A DNA stretch of 64,000 nucleotides from an uncultured Anaerolineaceae bacterium (GTDB lineage Bacteria > Chloroflexota > Limnocylindria > Limnocylindrales > CSP1-4). This document shows, one piece after another, positions 11,048-20,624 of this stretch. The DNA lies in NCBI GenBank assembly GCA_964427285.1, contig CAYRTS010000002.1, forward strand, positions 8,269 to 72,268, in the 5' to 3' direction. A program made the position numbers and the translations under genes. Below the pieces are notes generated by a model. That model ran no database searches, was not told the origin of the DNA, and saw only the letters and a program-made list of their open reading frames with translations. The first letter of the stretch is position 1. Every line of letters starts with the position of its first letter.

Positions 11048-12144
11048 GCGGGTGTGGTCTCCGAACGTGGCAGGGCGTTGCCCGCCTCGTCGTGGTAGAG
11101 CCAGCAACGGACGTCGTGGCCGGCCGCGATCGGGCGGAGCTGCGGATGGCGTTCCAGGGCCTCGGTCACGTTGCGCTCCACGCGGGTGGTGCAGCGCGGC
11201 GCGAACCGGCAGCCTGCCGGCAGGTCGATCAGGTTCGGGACGTTACCGGGGATCGCGGCCAGCTCGTCCGTCACCTGGCCGACGACCGGGATGGAGCCGA
11301 TCAGACCGCGCGTGTACGGATGGACCGGGTCGCGGAACAGCGTCCTGACGTCGGCATGTTCCACGATCTCGCCGGCATACATCACGGCCACGCGGTCGCA
11401 CATCTCGGCGACGACGCCCAGATCGTGGGTGATCAGCACGATCGCGGTACCCGTCTCGTCGCGCAGGGTGCGGATCAGGTCGAGAATCTGGGCCTGGATG
11501 GTCACGTCGAGCGCGGTGGTCGGCTCGTCGGCGATCAGCAGCTCCGGTTCGCAGGCGAGGGCCATCGCGATCATGATCCGCTGGGCCATGCCGCCCGACA
11601 GTTCGTGCGGGAAGTTGCGAAGACGCCGCTCCGGGTCCGGGATCCCGACCATCCGCAAGAGATCGAGGGTGCGGTCGCGCGCCACCCGGCCCTTCAGACC
11701 ACGGTGAATGCGCAGCACCTCCTCGATCTGGGCACCCACGTTCCAGACCGGGTTGAGCGACGATGTTGGCTGCTGGAAGATCATGCTGATCCGCTCGCCC
11801 CGGAGCTTGCGCATCTCCTCGCCGGAGATCTTGAGCAGGTCCCGACCGTCGAAGGTGATCTCGCCCGCTTCGATCCGCCCAGGTTTGGCCACCAGGCGCA
11901 TGATCGACAGGCTGGTCACGCTCTTGCCACAGCCCGACTCGCCGACCAGACCCATGATCTCGCCCCGATCGACGTGGAAGTCGATGCCATCGACGGCGCG
12001 GACGGCGCCATCGCGCGTGTAGAACGACGTGCGCAGACCCTTGACCTCCAACAGCGGACGCCCCCCGCGCTCATGGCGGGGCTTTGGCGCGGGCCTCGGC
12101 GCAAGTTCCTCGATCACCGATGTCGTTGCGTCGAGCGACGTCAT
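11044..12144 (-). CDS. ABC transporter ATP-binding protein (OppD/DppD-like)
   Basis: The protein has Walker [10 protein letters not shown], the signature [15 protein letters not shown], and Walker [12 protein letters not shown]. Confidence 0.85.
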   Translation of the reverse strand: MTSLDATTSVIEELAPRPAPKPRHERGGRPLLEVKGLRTSFYTRDGAVRAVDGIDFHVDRGEIMGLVGESGCGKSVTSLSIMRLVAKPGRIEAGEITFDGRDLLKISGEEMRKLRGERISMIFQQPTSSLNPVWNVGAQIEEVLRIHRGLKGRVARDRTLDLLRMVGIPDPERRLRNFPHELSGGMAQRIMIAMALACEPELLIADEPTTALDVTIQAQILDLIRTLRDETGTAIVLITHDLGVVAEMCDRVAVMYAGEIVEHADVRTLFRDPVHPYTRGLIGSIPVVGQVTDELAAIPGNVPNLIDLPAGCRFAPRCTTRVERNVTEALERHPQLRPIAAGHDVRCWLYHDEAGNALPRSETTPA

Positions 12145-13091
12145 CGGTTGAGCCTCGGATCTAGGGCGTCGCGCAAGCCGTCACCGAGCAGGTTGAACGC
12201 GAGGACGCTCAGCGTGATGGCGACGCCCGGGAAGAAGATGAGGTGCGGGGCGGAAAAGAACAGGTTCCGATCATTGGCGACCATCGAACCCCATTCGGCC
12301 AGTGGCGGAGAAGCCGCGAGACCCACGAACGAGAGCGCCGCGACCTCCAGGATCGCGCCACCGATGCCGAGCGTCGCCACAACGATGAGGGGAGTGAGCG
12401 CATTGGGCAGGACCCGACGGCTCAGGATCCCCGCCGGCGACTCGCCCAGTGCCCGCGACGCCGTCACGAAGTCCGTCTCGCGGACCGAGAGCACCGAGGC
12501 ACGCATGACCCGCGCATAGACCGGGATGGACACGATACCGATGGCAAACATGCCGTTGATGAGACCCGTTCCCAGCACGGTCACGATCGCGATCGCGAGG
12601 ATCAGGCTGGGGAAGGACAGGACGACGTCCATGATCCGCATCAGGATGTTGTCGGTTCGTCCACCGGCGTACCCCGCGATGGCACCGATCAGCGTCCCCA
12701 GGATGATCGCGAACCCGACCGTCGCAAGGCCGATGAACAGCGAGATCCGCGACCCGTGGACGACGCGGCTGAACTCGTCTCGCAGGTTTGAATCGAGGCC
12801 CATCAGGTGCTGGGGTTGATCCGCCGGGCATCCCAGCAGATGGATGCACGGCGATTGGCCGCGCTTGCCCGGCGAGTTGAGGTCCAGCATCGAGACATTG
12901 GGTTCATACGGCGCGATCAGCGGCGCGAAGACGGCGACGAACAGGAGGATCGCGAGCAGGATCAGTCCAACGACCGCGGTACGTTGCCGCAGGACGTTGC
13001 GGATCGCCTCGCGACGGGGCGACGAGACGGCCAGGGAGGCTTGCGGATCGGCGATGTCCGGCCCGAGGAGTCCGACTGAACCCGTGCTCAT
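12141..13091 (-). CDS. ABC transporter permease (OppC/DppC-like)
   Basis: The 316 aa ORF has six predicted TM segments and the conserved permease core. It overlaps both neighbouring genes by 4 nt. Confidence 0.85.
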   Translation of the reverse strand: MSTGSVGLLGPDIADPQASLAVSSPRREAIRNVLRQRTAVVGLILLAILLFVAVFAPLIAPYEPNVSMLDLNSPGKRGQSPCIHLLGCPADQPQHLMGLDSNLRDEFSRVVHGSRISLFIGLATVGFAIILGTLIGAIAGYAGGRTDNILMRIMDVVLSFPSLILAIAIVTVLGTGLINGMFAIGIVSIPVYARVMRASVLSVRETDFVTASRALGESPAGILSRRVLPNALTPLIVVATLGIGGAILEVAALSFVGLAASPPLAEWGSMVANDRNLFFSAPHLIFFPGVAITLSVLAFNLLGDGLRDALDPRLNR

Positions 13092-14164
13092 GTCAGGCGA
13101 ATCCGCGGATCGAGGAACGCGTACGACACATCCACGATGAGGTTGACGACCAGGTAGGCGACCGCGACGACGATCGTCACGCCCTGGATGACGATGTAGT
13201 CACGACCCGTGATCGCCTCGAACAGGGTCTTGCCCATCCCGGTGAGGTTGAAAATCGTCTCGGTCAGGATGGCGCCCGAGAGAAACGCCCCCAGCGACAG
13301 GCCGATCACCGTGACCACCGGCAGCAGGGCGTTGCGCATCCCGTGGCGGAGCACGACGGATCGCTCCCGCAGGCCCTTGGCGCGTGCGGTCCGGACGTAG
13401 TCAAGGCCCAGCACTTCGAGCAGGCTGGAGCGCGTCATCCGGGCGATGATGGCGAGCGGGATCGTGCCCACCGCGATGGCCGGCAGGATCATGTGGCGGA
13501 CAGCGTCGACAAACGCCGCCCATTGGCCGGTCACGAGGGTGTTGAACAGGTAGATGTTGGAGATGAAGTCGAGGACCGCGCGTGGTGCACCGTCGAGCGC
13601 GAGCAGGCCCCATGACTCCGCGAGCGGGATGACGCTCACGCCGGGCGACAGCCGCCCCGACGGGGGCAACGTGAACGGGGTGTCCGCCAGGATCACCGCG
13701 AACGTGAACGCGAGGAACAGGCCCAGGACGAAGACCGGCGTAGAGACGCCGAGGTTGGCGACGATCATCGTGCCGACATCGACCGGGGAGTTCCGCCGGG
13801 TGGCGGACAGGAGCCCCAGGCTCACGCCAACGATGGTCGCAAACAGCATCGCCGCGATGGTCAGCTCGGCGGTCACCGGGAGCCGCTCCAGCAACAGGTC
13901 CGCAACGGGCCGTCCGAACCGGATGGAGCTCCCAAGATCGCCCTGGACGAGGGCCCCGGCGTAGATCACGAACTGTTCGTAGATCGGCTTGTCCAGGCCA
14001 TAGCGCTGCTCGAACGCAGCACAGATCTCCGGGGTGGCCTTCTCGCCATAGGTTGCCGTGCACGGGTCGCCGGGAATGACCCGGGCGAGCACGAACACGA
14101 GCAGGACGATCCCGATCAGGACCGGAATGCTGGAGATCAGGCGGCGGATGATGAACCGGGTCAT
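13088..14164 (-). CDS. ABC transporter permease (OppB/DppB-like)
   Basis: The 358 aa ORF has an MTRFIIRRLISSIPVLIGIVLLVFVL N-terminus typical of OppB/DppB. Confidence 0.85.
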   Translation of the reverse strand: MTRFIIRRLISSIPVLIGIVLLVFVLARVIPGDPCTATYGEKATPEICAAFEQRYGLDKPIYEQFVIYAGALVQGDLGSSIRFGRPVADLLLERLPVTAELTIAAMLFATIVGVSLGLLSATRRNSPVDVGTMIVANLGVSTPVFVLGLFLAFTFAVILADTPFTLPPSGRLSPGVSVIPLAESWGLLALDGAPRAVLDFISNIYLFNTLVTGQWAAFVDAVRHMILPAIAVGTIPLAIIARMTRSSLLEVLGLDYVRTARAKGLRERSVVLRHGMRNALLPVVTVIGLSLGAFLSGAILTETIFNLTGMGKTLFEAITGRDYIVIQGVTIVVAVAYLVVNLIVDVSYAFLDPRIRLT

Positions 14165-14257
14165 CCGGAGACGGTGCCTCGACTGGGTCTGCCGCTGTAT
14201 GGGATAGGCGAAGGGCGCCGCCGTTGGCGGCGCCCTTCGCGCTGGGGTCGAGGAGGG

Positions 14258-16027
14258 CTATCCGGCCGGCGGGTTGAGGAACCCACTGAACAGGCCGGGG
14301 AAGTACGTGAACGAATTGTCGCGGCCCTTGTGCAATGGATGCGCGGCATCCCATTGGACGGCGTAGCTGAGGACGACGTCGTTCGCGTCGAGGATCGATC
14401 CGTCGTGGAACGAGACGTTCTGGCGCAGCGCGCATGTCCAGACGGTCAGTTCCGGGTTCGGCTCGCACTTCTCGGCCAGGGACGGGATGGCTGCCGTGCC
14501 GGCCGTCTCGTAGGCGTAGAGCGACTCCATGATCTGCTCGCAGACCCGCAGGGCCTCGCCGTCCGACTCGTCGGCGCAATACAGTCCCGGCGGCTCGGCG
14601 TTCTGCATCCAGACGAACTGGGTGCGATCACCCGGGATCATCGGTGCGAATTCCTCGTTGCCCAGCGGAGACGCATGGGCGTTCGAAACATCGGCCCGAT
14701 AGGCGACCGCGGATCCGCCGTGGACCACCGGGATCATCGGCACGTTGGCCCTGATCGCGTTGTTGGCGGCCACGTACGACGGCTCGCGAAGGGCGTCCGT
14801 GAGACCGGCGCCGCCTTCGGCCAGGGCGCCGGTGATATCGGTGAACTTGTCGCCGAACTGCTTGGATGAGCCGGCGCCAAAGTGGAAGTCGAGGAAGTTG
14901 GTCACGTCCGGATAGTCGGCGCCCCAGCCGAGCAGGTGCAGGCCGTCAAGCGCGCCAGCGTCCGCGTTGTCCAGGAAGGTCCCGGATTCCTGCTCGACGA
15001 TCTCGACGTCGATGTTGAGGTTGTTCTTGAGCTGAGCCTGGATGTCCGTGCCGACGACGACCGGGTCAGGCAGGTAGCCGCGGACCACGTTGCGGTAGTA
15101 GAGCTTGGTCGAGAAGCCGTCGGGGAAGCCGGCCGCAGTCAGGAGATCCTTGGCAGCCGCGACATCGAAGTCGTACCACGCATCACCGGCGCATCCGTTC
15201 GGGATGGAGCACGGTGTGAAGTGGCTGGCGACCTCGGACCCGGATGGGTAGAAGGTGTTGACGATCCGGGAGCGGTCGATCGCCATGGCGATGGCCTGGC
15301 GGACCCGGACATCGGTGAACGGGGCGTACGTGTTGTTCATGCCGATGTACATCACGTTGAGGCCCTCGCGGGGCTTGAGCTGGAGCTCTGGGTTGTCGAT
15401 GACCGTGGCGAAGTCGGTCGGCCCGACGTTATCGATGGCGTCGACGCTGCCGGCCTGAAGCTCAACGAGCCGCTGCGCGGCCTCCGCGCCCCAGCGCACG
15501 ATCAGCTTCTCGGTCTTGGCGTCGGGACCCCAGTAGTTGTCGTTCCGAACGAGGGTGATGTCCGAGCCGCGGTTCCAGGCCTCCAGCTTCCAGGGCCCGG
15601 TGCCGTTGAGTTCGGACACGATCGCCTGGTTGTCCGCCTTGGCCGGGTCAATCTTCGATTCCAGCCACGCCGTGTCGTTGATCGCGAACGAGGTGAACGC
15701 GATCTTGGACAGGAAGGCGACGTCCGGGTTGCACAGTTCGAACACGACGGTATTGGCGTCCGGCGCGCTGATCCGCTTGAAATTGCCGGTGTAGGGATCC
15801 GTGCCGCAGGGAGCCTCGCCGGACTCCGGATAGGAGGCTCCGACGTACGGAGCATCGGTGGCGGCTGGCGCGGCGGTGGCGGGGGCCGCTGTGGCGGGTG
15901 CCGCGGTGGCGGGTGGTTCGGCGCTTGGCGCAACGGATGGCGCGCCGCCGCTGCAGGCCGTGAACACGATCGCCACGGTTGCGGCCAGCGCCGCGAGCCT
16001 GGGCGACCAGATGCGTGATCGGGTCAT
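14258..16027 (-). CDS. ABC transporter substrate-binding lipoprotein, family 5
   Basis: The start is chosen at MTRSRIWSPRLAALAATVAIVFTACSGG, which carries a lipobox. An Ala/Pro/Thr linker follows, then an SBP_bac_5-like body. This is the first gene of the minus-strand operon. Confidence 0.8.
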   Translation of the reverse strand: MTRSRIWSPRLAALAATVAIVFTACSGGAPSVAPSAEPPATAAPATAAPATAAPAATDAPYVGASYPESGEAPCGTDPYTGNFKRISAPDANTVVFELCNPDVAFLSKIAFTSFAINDTAWLESKIDPAKADNQAIVSELNGTGPWKLEAWNRGSDITLVRNDNYWGPDAKTEKLIVRWGAEAAQRLVELQAGSVDAIDNVGPTDFATVIDNPELQLKPREGLNVMYIGMNNTYAPFTDVRVRQAIAMAIDRSRIVNTFYPSGSEVASHFTPCSIPNGCAGDAWYDFDVAAAKDLLTAAGFPDGFSTKLYYRNVVRGYLPDPVVVGTDIQAQLKNNLNIDVEIVEQESGTFLDNADAGALDGLHLLGWGADYPDVTNFLDFHFGAGSSKQFGDKFTDITGALAEGGAGLTDALREPSYVAANNAIRANVPMIPVVHGGSAVAYRADVSNAHASPLGNEEFAPMIPGDRTQFVWMQNAEPPGLYCADESDGEALRVCEQIMESLYAYETAGTAAIPSLAEKCEPNPELTVWTCALRQNVSFHDGSILDANDVVLSYAVQWDAAHPLHKGRDNSFTYFPGLFSGFLNPPAG

Positions 16028-16194
16028 GCCGTGCGTCTCCTCCACTTGCGCCCCGTCCCGGACAGAAATGGTTCACGCGTCCAGCAACGCGGGGCATTGA
16101 TGATCGCGCCACCCTCCTCGGTTCGCGCGAAGTGCCCGGAACACTAGCACCGGCCGGAACCGCCGTCACCCCCTGTCTCGCGTATCCTCCGGCG

Positions 16195-17130
16195 ATGGAT
16201 GTCGTTCGCGTTGCGCTCGCGCAGATCGCGCCGGCGCTCGGCCAGCTTGACCCGAATGTCGCGCGTCATCTCGAGATCCTCGCCGACGCCCGCGAGCGGA
16301 AGGCGGATCTGGTCGTGTTCCCGGAGCTGGGGCTGACCGGGTACCTGCTCCAGGACCTGGCCGGCGAAGTAGCGATGCGCCTGGACGACCCACGCCTCGC
16401 CGACCTGGCTGCCGCCACGAGCGGGCTGTCAGCGGTCATTTCGTTCGTCGAGGAGTCGATCGATCATCGATTGTTCATCTCGGCCGGCCTCTTCGAGGAC
16501 GGTGCCATGCGCCACGTCCACCGAAAGCTCTTCCTGCCGACCTACGGCCTCTTTGACGAGCGTCGCTTTTTTGCTGCTGGGGACGGGCTGCGGGCCGTCC
16601 CGTCGCGGCTGGGAGCCGGGATCGGGCTTGCGGTCTGCGAGGACTTCTGGCACCTGGCCGTTCCCCAGCTGCTGGCACTGGACGGTGCCCAGATCCTGAT
16701 CAATGTCTCGTCGTCTCCCGGGCGCGATCTGGCGGCCACGAACGAGGTGGGTCTCGGGACGGCGACCTCGTGGCGGACGCTGATGCGGACCTATGCCCAG
16801 CTGACGACCTCGTTTGTCATCTTCTGCAATCGTGTCGGGGTGGAGGAATCAATCTCGTTCTGGGGCGGCTCGGAAGTGATCGCCCCGACCGGGCAGGTGC
16901 TCTTCAGCGCGCCGCTCTACGACGAGGGCCTGTTCACGGTCGACATCGCGCTCGCGGACATCCGGCGCGAGCGGATCGCGCTGCCGTTGCTGCGCGACGA
17001 GCGACCGGAGCTCCAGGCGCGCGAGCTGGACCGGATCGTGGCGGAGCGCGCCGGCATGGCGCCAGATTCGACCGATGGTGCGACAACTGTGACCGCCATG
17101 ACCGCCATGACCGCCCCGACCGAGCCATGA
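16195..17130 (+). CDS. carbon-nitrogen hydrolase (nitrilase superfamily); probable glutaminase subunit of glutamine-dependent NAD+ synthetase
   Basis: An ATG at 16195 (MDVVRVALAQI...) has a Glu-Lys-Cys triad context: FPELG, HRKLFLP, AVCEDFW. It is immediately followed by nadE. The C-terminus carries TAMTAMTAPTEP repeats. Confidence 0.8.
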   Translation: MDVVRVALAQIAPALGQLDPNVARHLEILADARERKADLVVFPELGLTGYLLQDLAGEVAMRLDDPRLADLAAATSGLSAVISFVEESIDHRLFISAGLFEDGAMRHVHRKLFLPTYGLFDERRFFAAGDGLRAVPSRLGAGIGLAVCEDFWHLAVPQLLALDGAQILINVSSSPGRDLAATNEVGLGTATSWRTLMRTYAQLTTSFVIFCNRVGVEESISFWGGSEVIAPTGQVLFSAPLYDEGLFTVDIALADIRRERIALPLLRDERPELQARELDRIVAERAGMAPDSTDGATTVTAMTAMTAPTEP

Positions 17131-17146
17131 TGGGCCGGACCGAGCC

Positions 17147-18040
17147 GTGACCGCTCCGACGGAGCCCTTCGAGCTGCCGACCGAACTGGCGATCGACACG
17201 GACATCGCCCGGCGGGTGATCGCCGAGTTCATCCGCGGGCAGCTCCGCCAGGCGGGGTTCGAGCGGACCGTGCTCGGGCTCTCGGGCGGGGTCGATTCGG
17301 CCCTGGTGGCGTATCTCGTGGCCGAGTCAATCGGCGCCGAACGACTGCACGCCGTGTTGATGCCGTATCGGACCTCATCGCCGGCCTCGCGCGCCGACGC
17401 CGAGACGGTGGTCGCCGCGCTCGGGTGCTCGAGCGAGGTCGTTGAGATCAGCGCCATGGTGGACGGCTACTACGGTGCCGCGCCCACCCCCGGTGCCGCC
17501 GGGCCCGAGGGCCTTGGCGCGGCCAGCCTCCGTCGCGGCAATTTTGCGGCCCGCATGCGCATGGCCGTGCTGTACGACCGCTCGGTGACGTTTGGCGGCC
17601 TCGTCGTCGGGACCGGCAACAAGACCGAGGCCCTCATCGGCTACACGACCCTCTTTGGCGACTCGGCCTGCGCCTTCAACCCGATCGGTGACCTGTACAA
17701 GAGCCAGGTCCGCCAGCTGGCGGTGGCGGTCGGCGTCCCGGACGCGATCGTCCGCAAGGCCCCCAGCGCGGACCTGTGGCCGGGCCAGACCGACGAGGGC
17801 GAAGGCGGGTTCAGCTACCCGGCACTTGACCGGCTCCTGTTCTGGCGGATCGACAAGCGCCGGTCCGTCGACGAGATGGTGGCGATGGGATTCGACCGGG
17901 CGAACGTGGATCGGGTGGACCGGCTGGTGGCCGGGGCCGAGTTCAAGCGGCAGGTGCCGCCGATCGCCAAGCTCGGGCCGCGGACGACCGGCGTCGACTA
18001 CCTGTATCCGCGCCGCCGTCCGGGGTCCGCGCGCGGGTGA
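17147..18040 (+). CDS. nadE: NH3-dependent NAD+ synthetase domain protein
   Basis: The 297 aa ORF has a GTG start, the PP-loop SGGVDS, and NadE-like sequence throughout. The N-terminal TAPTEP repeats the C-terminus of the upstream ORF. Confidence 0.85.
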   Translation: MTAPTEPFELPTELAIDTDIARRVIAEFIRGQLRQAGFERTVLGLSGGVDSALVAYLVAESIGAERLHAVLMPYRTSSPASRADAETVVAALGCSSEVVEISAMVDGYYGAAPTPGAAGPEGLGAASLRRGNFAARMRMAVLYDRSVTFGGLVVGTGNKTEALIGYTTLFGDSACAFNPIGDLYKSQVRQLAVAVGVPDAIVRKAPSADLWPGQTDEGEGGFSYPALDRLLFWRIDKRRSVDEMVAMGFDRANVDRVDRLVAGAEFKRQVPPIAKLGPRTTGVDYLYPRRRPGSARG

Positions 18041-18951
18041 CCGGAGGTAGCGTCGGGGCAACGGTGAAACCGCTCGCGGATCCGGCTGGCACGCTATTTG
18101 TCGTCTCTACGCCGATCGGCAACCTCGGCGACATCACGTTGCGTGCCATCGAAACCCTGCGGGCCGTCCCACTGATCGCCGCGGAGGACACCCGGCTGAC
18201 CCGGCGGCTGCTCGACCGCCACGCGATCGAGGGGCGAATGACCAGCTTCCACGCCCGGAGCGCGCCCGGCCGCCTGGAGGCCCTGCTGGCGCACCTGCGC
18301 GTTGGAGCCGACCTCGCCGTTGTGACGGATGCGGGCACGCCTGGAGTGAGCGACCCCGGCGCGGATCTCGTGGCCGCGTGGGCTGGGGAGGGCGGCCTGG
18401 TCGTGCCGATCCCCGGGGCTTCGGCGGTGCTGGCTGCGGTCGCGGCGAGCGGCGTGGCCGGTCCGCGCTGGGTCTTTGAAGGATTCCTGCCTCGATCCGG
18501 CCGCGACCGGAGAGCGCGACTGGCGGCCATCGCGGCCGATCCGCGGGGCGCCGTTGTCTACGAGGCGCCCGGCCGCATGGCCGCCACGCTTCGGGACCTG
18601 GCGGCCGCCTGTGGACCGGAACGTCAGGCCGCCGTCTGTCGCGAGCTGACCAAGCTCCACGAAACGGTCGTCCGCGGGTCACTGGGCGACCTGGCCAGCG
18701 CTGCCTCAGTTGGCGAGATCCCGGCCCGCGGGGAGTTCGTGCTGGTGGTTGGGATGGCCGGCGACGACGTGTTGACCGCGGCACGCCTGACCGGTGGCGG
18801 GCCTGATCCGGAGGCCGCGGTGAGCGAGGCCCTGGCCCAGGTGGAACACCTGGTGGCGGATGGGATACCGCGCGGGGAAGCTGCCCGGCAGGTCAGCGCG
18901 GCGACCGGGATCCCTCGTCGCCGACTGTACGAGACGGACGTACGCCGATGA
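18037..18951 (+). CDS. rsmI: 16S rRNA (cytidine1402-2'-O)-methyltransferase
   Basis: The protein contains LFVVSTPIGNLGDITLRAIETLRAVPLIAAEDTRLTRRLL, typical of the RsmI tetrapyrrole-methylase-like fold. Confidence 0.85.
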   Translation: MTGGSVGATVKPLADPAGTLFVVSTPIGNLGDITLRAIETLRAVPLIAAEDTRLTRRLLDRHAIEGRMTSFHARSAPGRLEALLAHLRVGADLAVVTDAGTPGVSDPGADLVAAWAGEGGLVVPIPGASAVLAAVAASGVAGPRWVFEGFLPRSGRDRRARLAAIAADPRGAVVYEAPGRMAATLRDLAAACGPERQAAVCRELTKLHETVVRGSLGDLASAASVGEIPARGEFVLVVGMAGDDVLTAARLTGGGPDPEAAVSEALAQVEHLVADGIPRGEAARQVSAATGIPRRRLYETDVRR

Positions 18952-19679
18952 CGCGAGCGTCGCAGCCAGGACCCGGCCGGGCGCCACGGGCGCCACGGGA
19001 GATGGTGCTCGTGCCCGCCGGTCCCTTCCTGATGGGGAGCGACGAGTTCGAACGCGAGGGACCGCCCCACATGGTGAACCTGCCGGAATTCTGGATGGAC
19101 CGCTTTCCGGTCACAAACGCCGACTACGACACCTTCGTCCGGGAGACCGCACACCGGAGCCCGGTGGATTGGCGCGGTGGTCCGGCGCCGGGCGATCGGC
19201 TCGATCATCCGGCGCAGGTGACGTGGACAGACGCGACCGCCTACACGGCATGGGCCGGGGTCCGACTCCCGACGGAGGCCGAATGGGAGAAGGCCTCGCG
19301 TGGGACGGACGGCCGCCGGTATCCATGGGGCAACACGTGGGACGGCACACGGGCCCTGACCTGGGAGACGTCCGCGGCGACCGGTCAGCGGACCGAGCCT
19401 GTCACGGCTCGCCCCGCTGGCGCCAGCCCGTACGGCTGCGAGCAGATGGTCGGGATGCTGGAGGAGTGGACGGCGGACTGGTATGACGCCTACCCGGGAA
19501 GTCCCTACCGGAGTCTCACCTACGGTGAGCGGGTTCGCGTCCTCCGCGGCGGTGCCTGGCTGTTCACCCAGACCCACGCACGGTGCGCCTATCGCTGCTT
19601 CGAGTTGCCAGACCGGCCACCGGCCGAGATGGAGGTCCTGGGCGCCCCAACCTTTCGATGCGCGATCGACGCGGGATGA
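18948..19679 (+). CDS. formylglycine-generating enzyme (FGE/SUMF1) family domain protein
   Basis: FGE-sulfatase-like motifs are present: MGSDEF, RLPTEAEWEKA, RGGAW. The true start may be the internal MVLVPAG at 19002. Confidence 0.7.
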   Translation: MTRASQPGPGRAPRAPREMVLVPAGPFLMGSDEFEREGPPHMVNLPEFWMDRFPVTNADYDTFVRETAHRSPVDWRGGPAPGDRLDHPAQVTWTDATAYTAWAGVRLPTEAEWEKASRGTDGRRYPWGNTWDGTRALTWETSAATGQRTEPVTARPAGASPYGCEQMVGMLEEWTADWYDAYPGSPYRSLTYGERVRVLRGGAWLFTQTHARCAYRCFELPDRPPAEMEVLGAPTFRCAIDAG

Positions 19680-20383
19680 CCAGCCCGTGGCGCCGAGCCG
19701 CCACCGTCCCGATGATCCTGATCCCCGCCGGCCCGTTCACGATGGGCAGCGACGAATTCGACATGGAGGCGCCGCCACACCTCGTGGAGGTGCCCGCGTT
19801 CCAGATCGACCGATACCCGGTGACGGTGGCGGCCTACACCGAATTCGTGGACGCGACCGGCCATCCGGCCCCCGAGGAGTGGCAGGGCGGCCCGCCGCGC
19901 GACCGGCTCGACCATCCGGTAGACCGGGTCTCCTGGTTCGATGCCGAGGCGTTCGCCGCCTGGGCAGGCAAACGCCTGCCCACCGAGGCGGAATGGGAAA
20001 AGGCGGCCCGTGGCACGGACGCCCGGCGCTGGCCGTGGGGGAACCGTTTCGAGGAGTCCCGCTGCGACGTCTGGGACCACGCCCTCATCCTGGAGATCAC
20101 CACCGTCTCCGTTGACCGGCACCCTGACGGCGCGAGCCCCTATGGAGTGGAGCAGATGGGCGGCAACGTCGAAGAGTGGGTCCGCGATGTGTTCCGCCCG
20201 TATCCCGGCAGCCGGCACGTGTCTGCATCGGCAGACGGTGACTTCCGCGTCCTGCGCGGCGGCTCGTGGTTCTTCACCCAGGAACATGCCCGCTGCGCAT
20301 ACCGGAAGCCCGCGCGCCCGGACTTTACCGGCTGGTCGCAGGCGGGCGGTCCTGGCTTCCGCTGCGCCCAGGACATCGGCTGA
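19676..20383 (+). CDS. FGE/SUMF1 family domain protein (tandem paralog)
   Basis: This is a paralog of the preceding gene (MGSDEF, RLPTEAEWEKA, RGGSW). Its ATG overlaps the upstream stop (ATGA). Confidence 0.7.
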   Translation: MTSPWRRAATVPMILIPAGPFTMGSDEFDMEAPPHLVEVPAFQIDRYPVTVAAYTEFVDATGHPAPEEWQGGPPRDRLDHPVDRVSWFDAEAFAAWAGKRLPTEAEWEKAARGTDARRWPWGNRFEESRCDVWDHALILEITTVSVDRHPDGASPYGVEQMGGNVEEWVRDVFRPYPGSRHVSASADGDFRVLRGGSWFFTQEHARCAYRKPARPDFTGWSQAGGPGFRCAQDIG

Positions 20384-20624
20384 ATCTGCCCGACAGAATC
20401 GCCTCCAGAATCCACTGGCATTTCATTCGGCGAGGCGCTACCGTAGCGCGAAGCGTGGCGACCTCAAGTCATCATGCTGGTGCATCCGGGCCTGCGGTGA
20501 GTGAGCCCAACTCACAGCCGTAACCTCCGGAGTGGGTCGCGATCACCCTGGATGCACGCGAGAGTACGGGCGATCGCGTCCGAGGGTGACGGGACGCCCC
20601 GGCAGTTGGAGGGTTGAGGGAACC

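Noticed and set aside
7898-12519. Long ORFs 7898..9112 -, 9716..11098 + and 11032..12519 + overlapping the ABC ATPase genes
   Set aside because: They lie antisense to genes with clear Walker and signature motifs. Their amino-acid composition is low-complexity and no domain signal is present.
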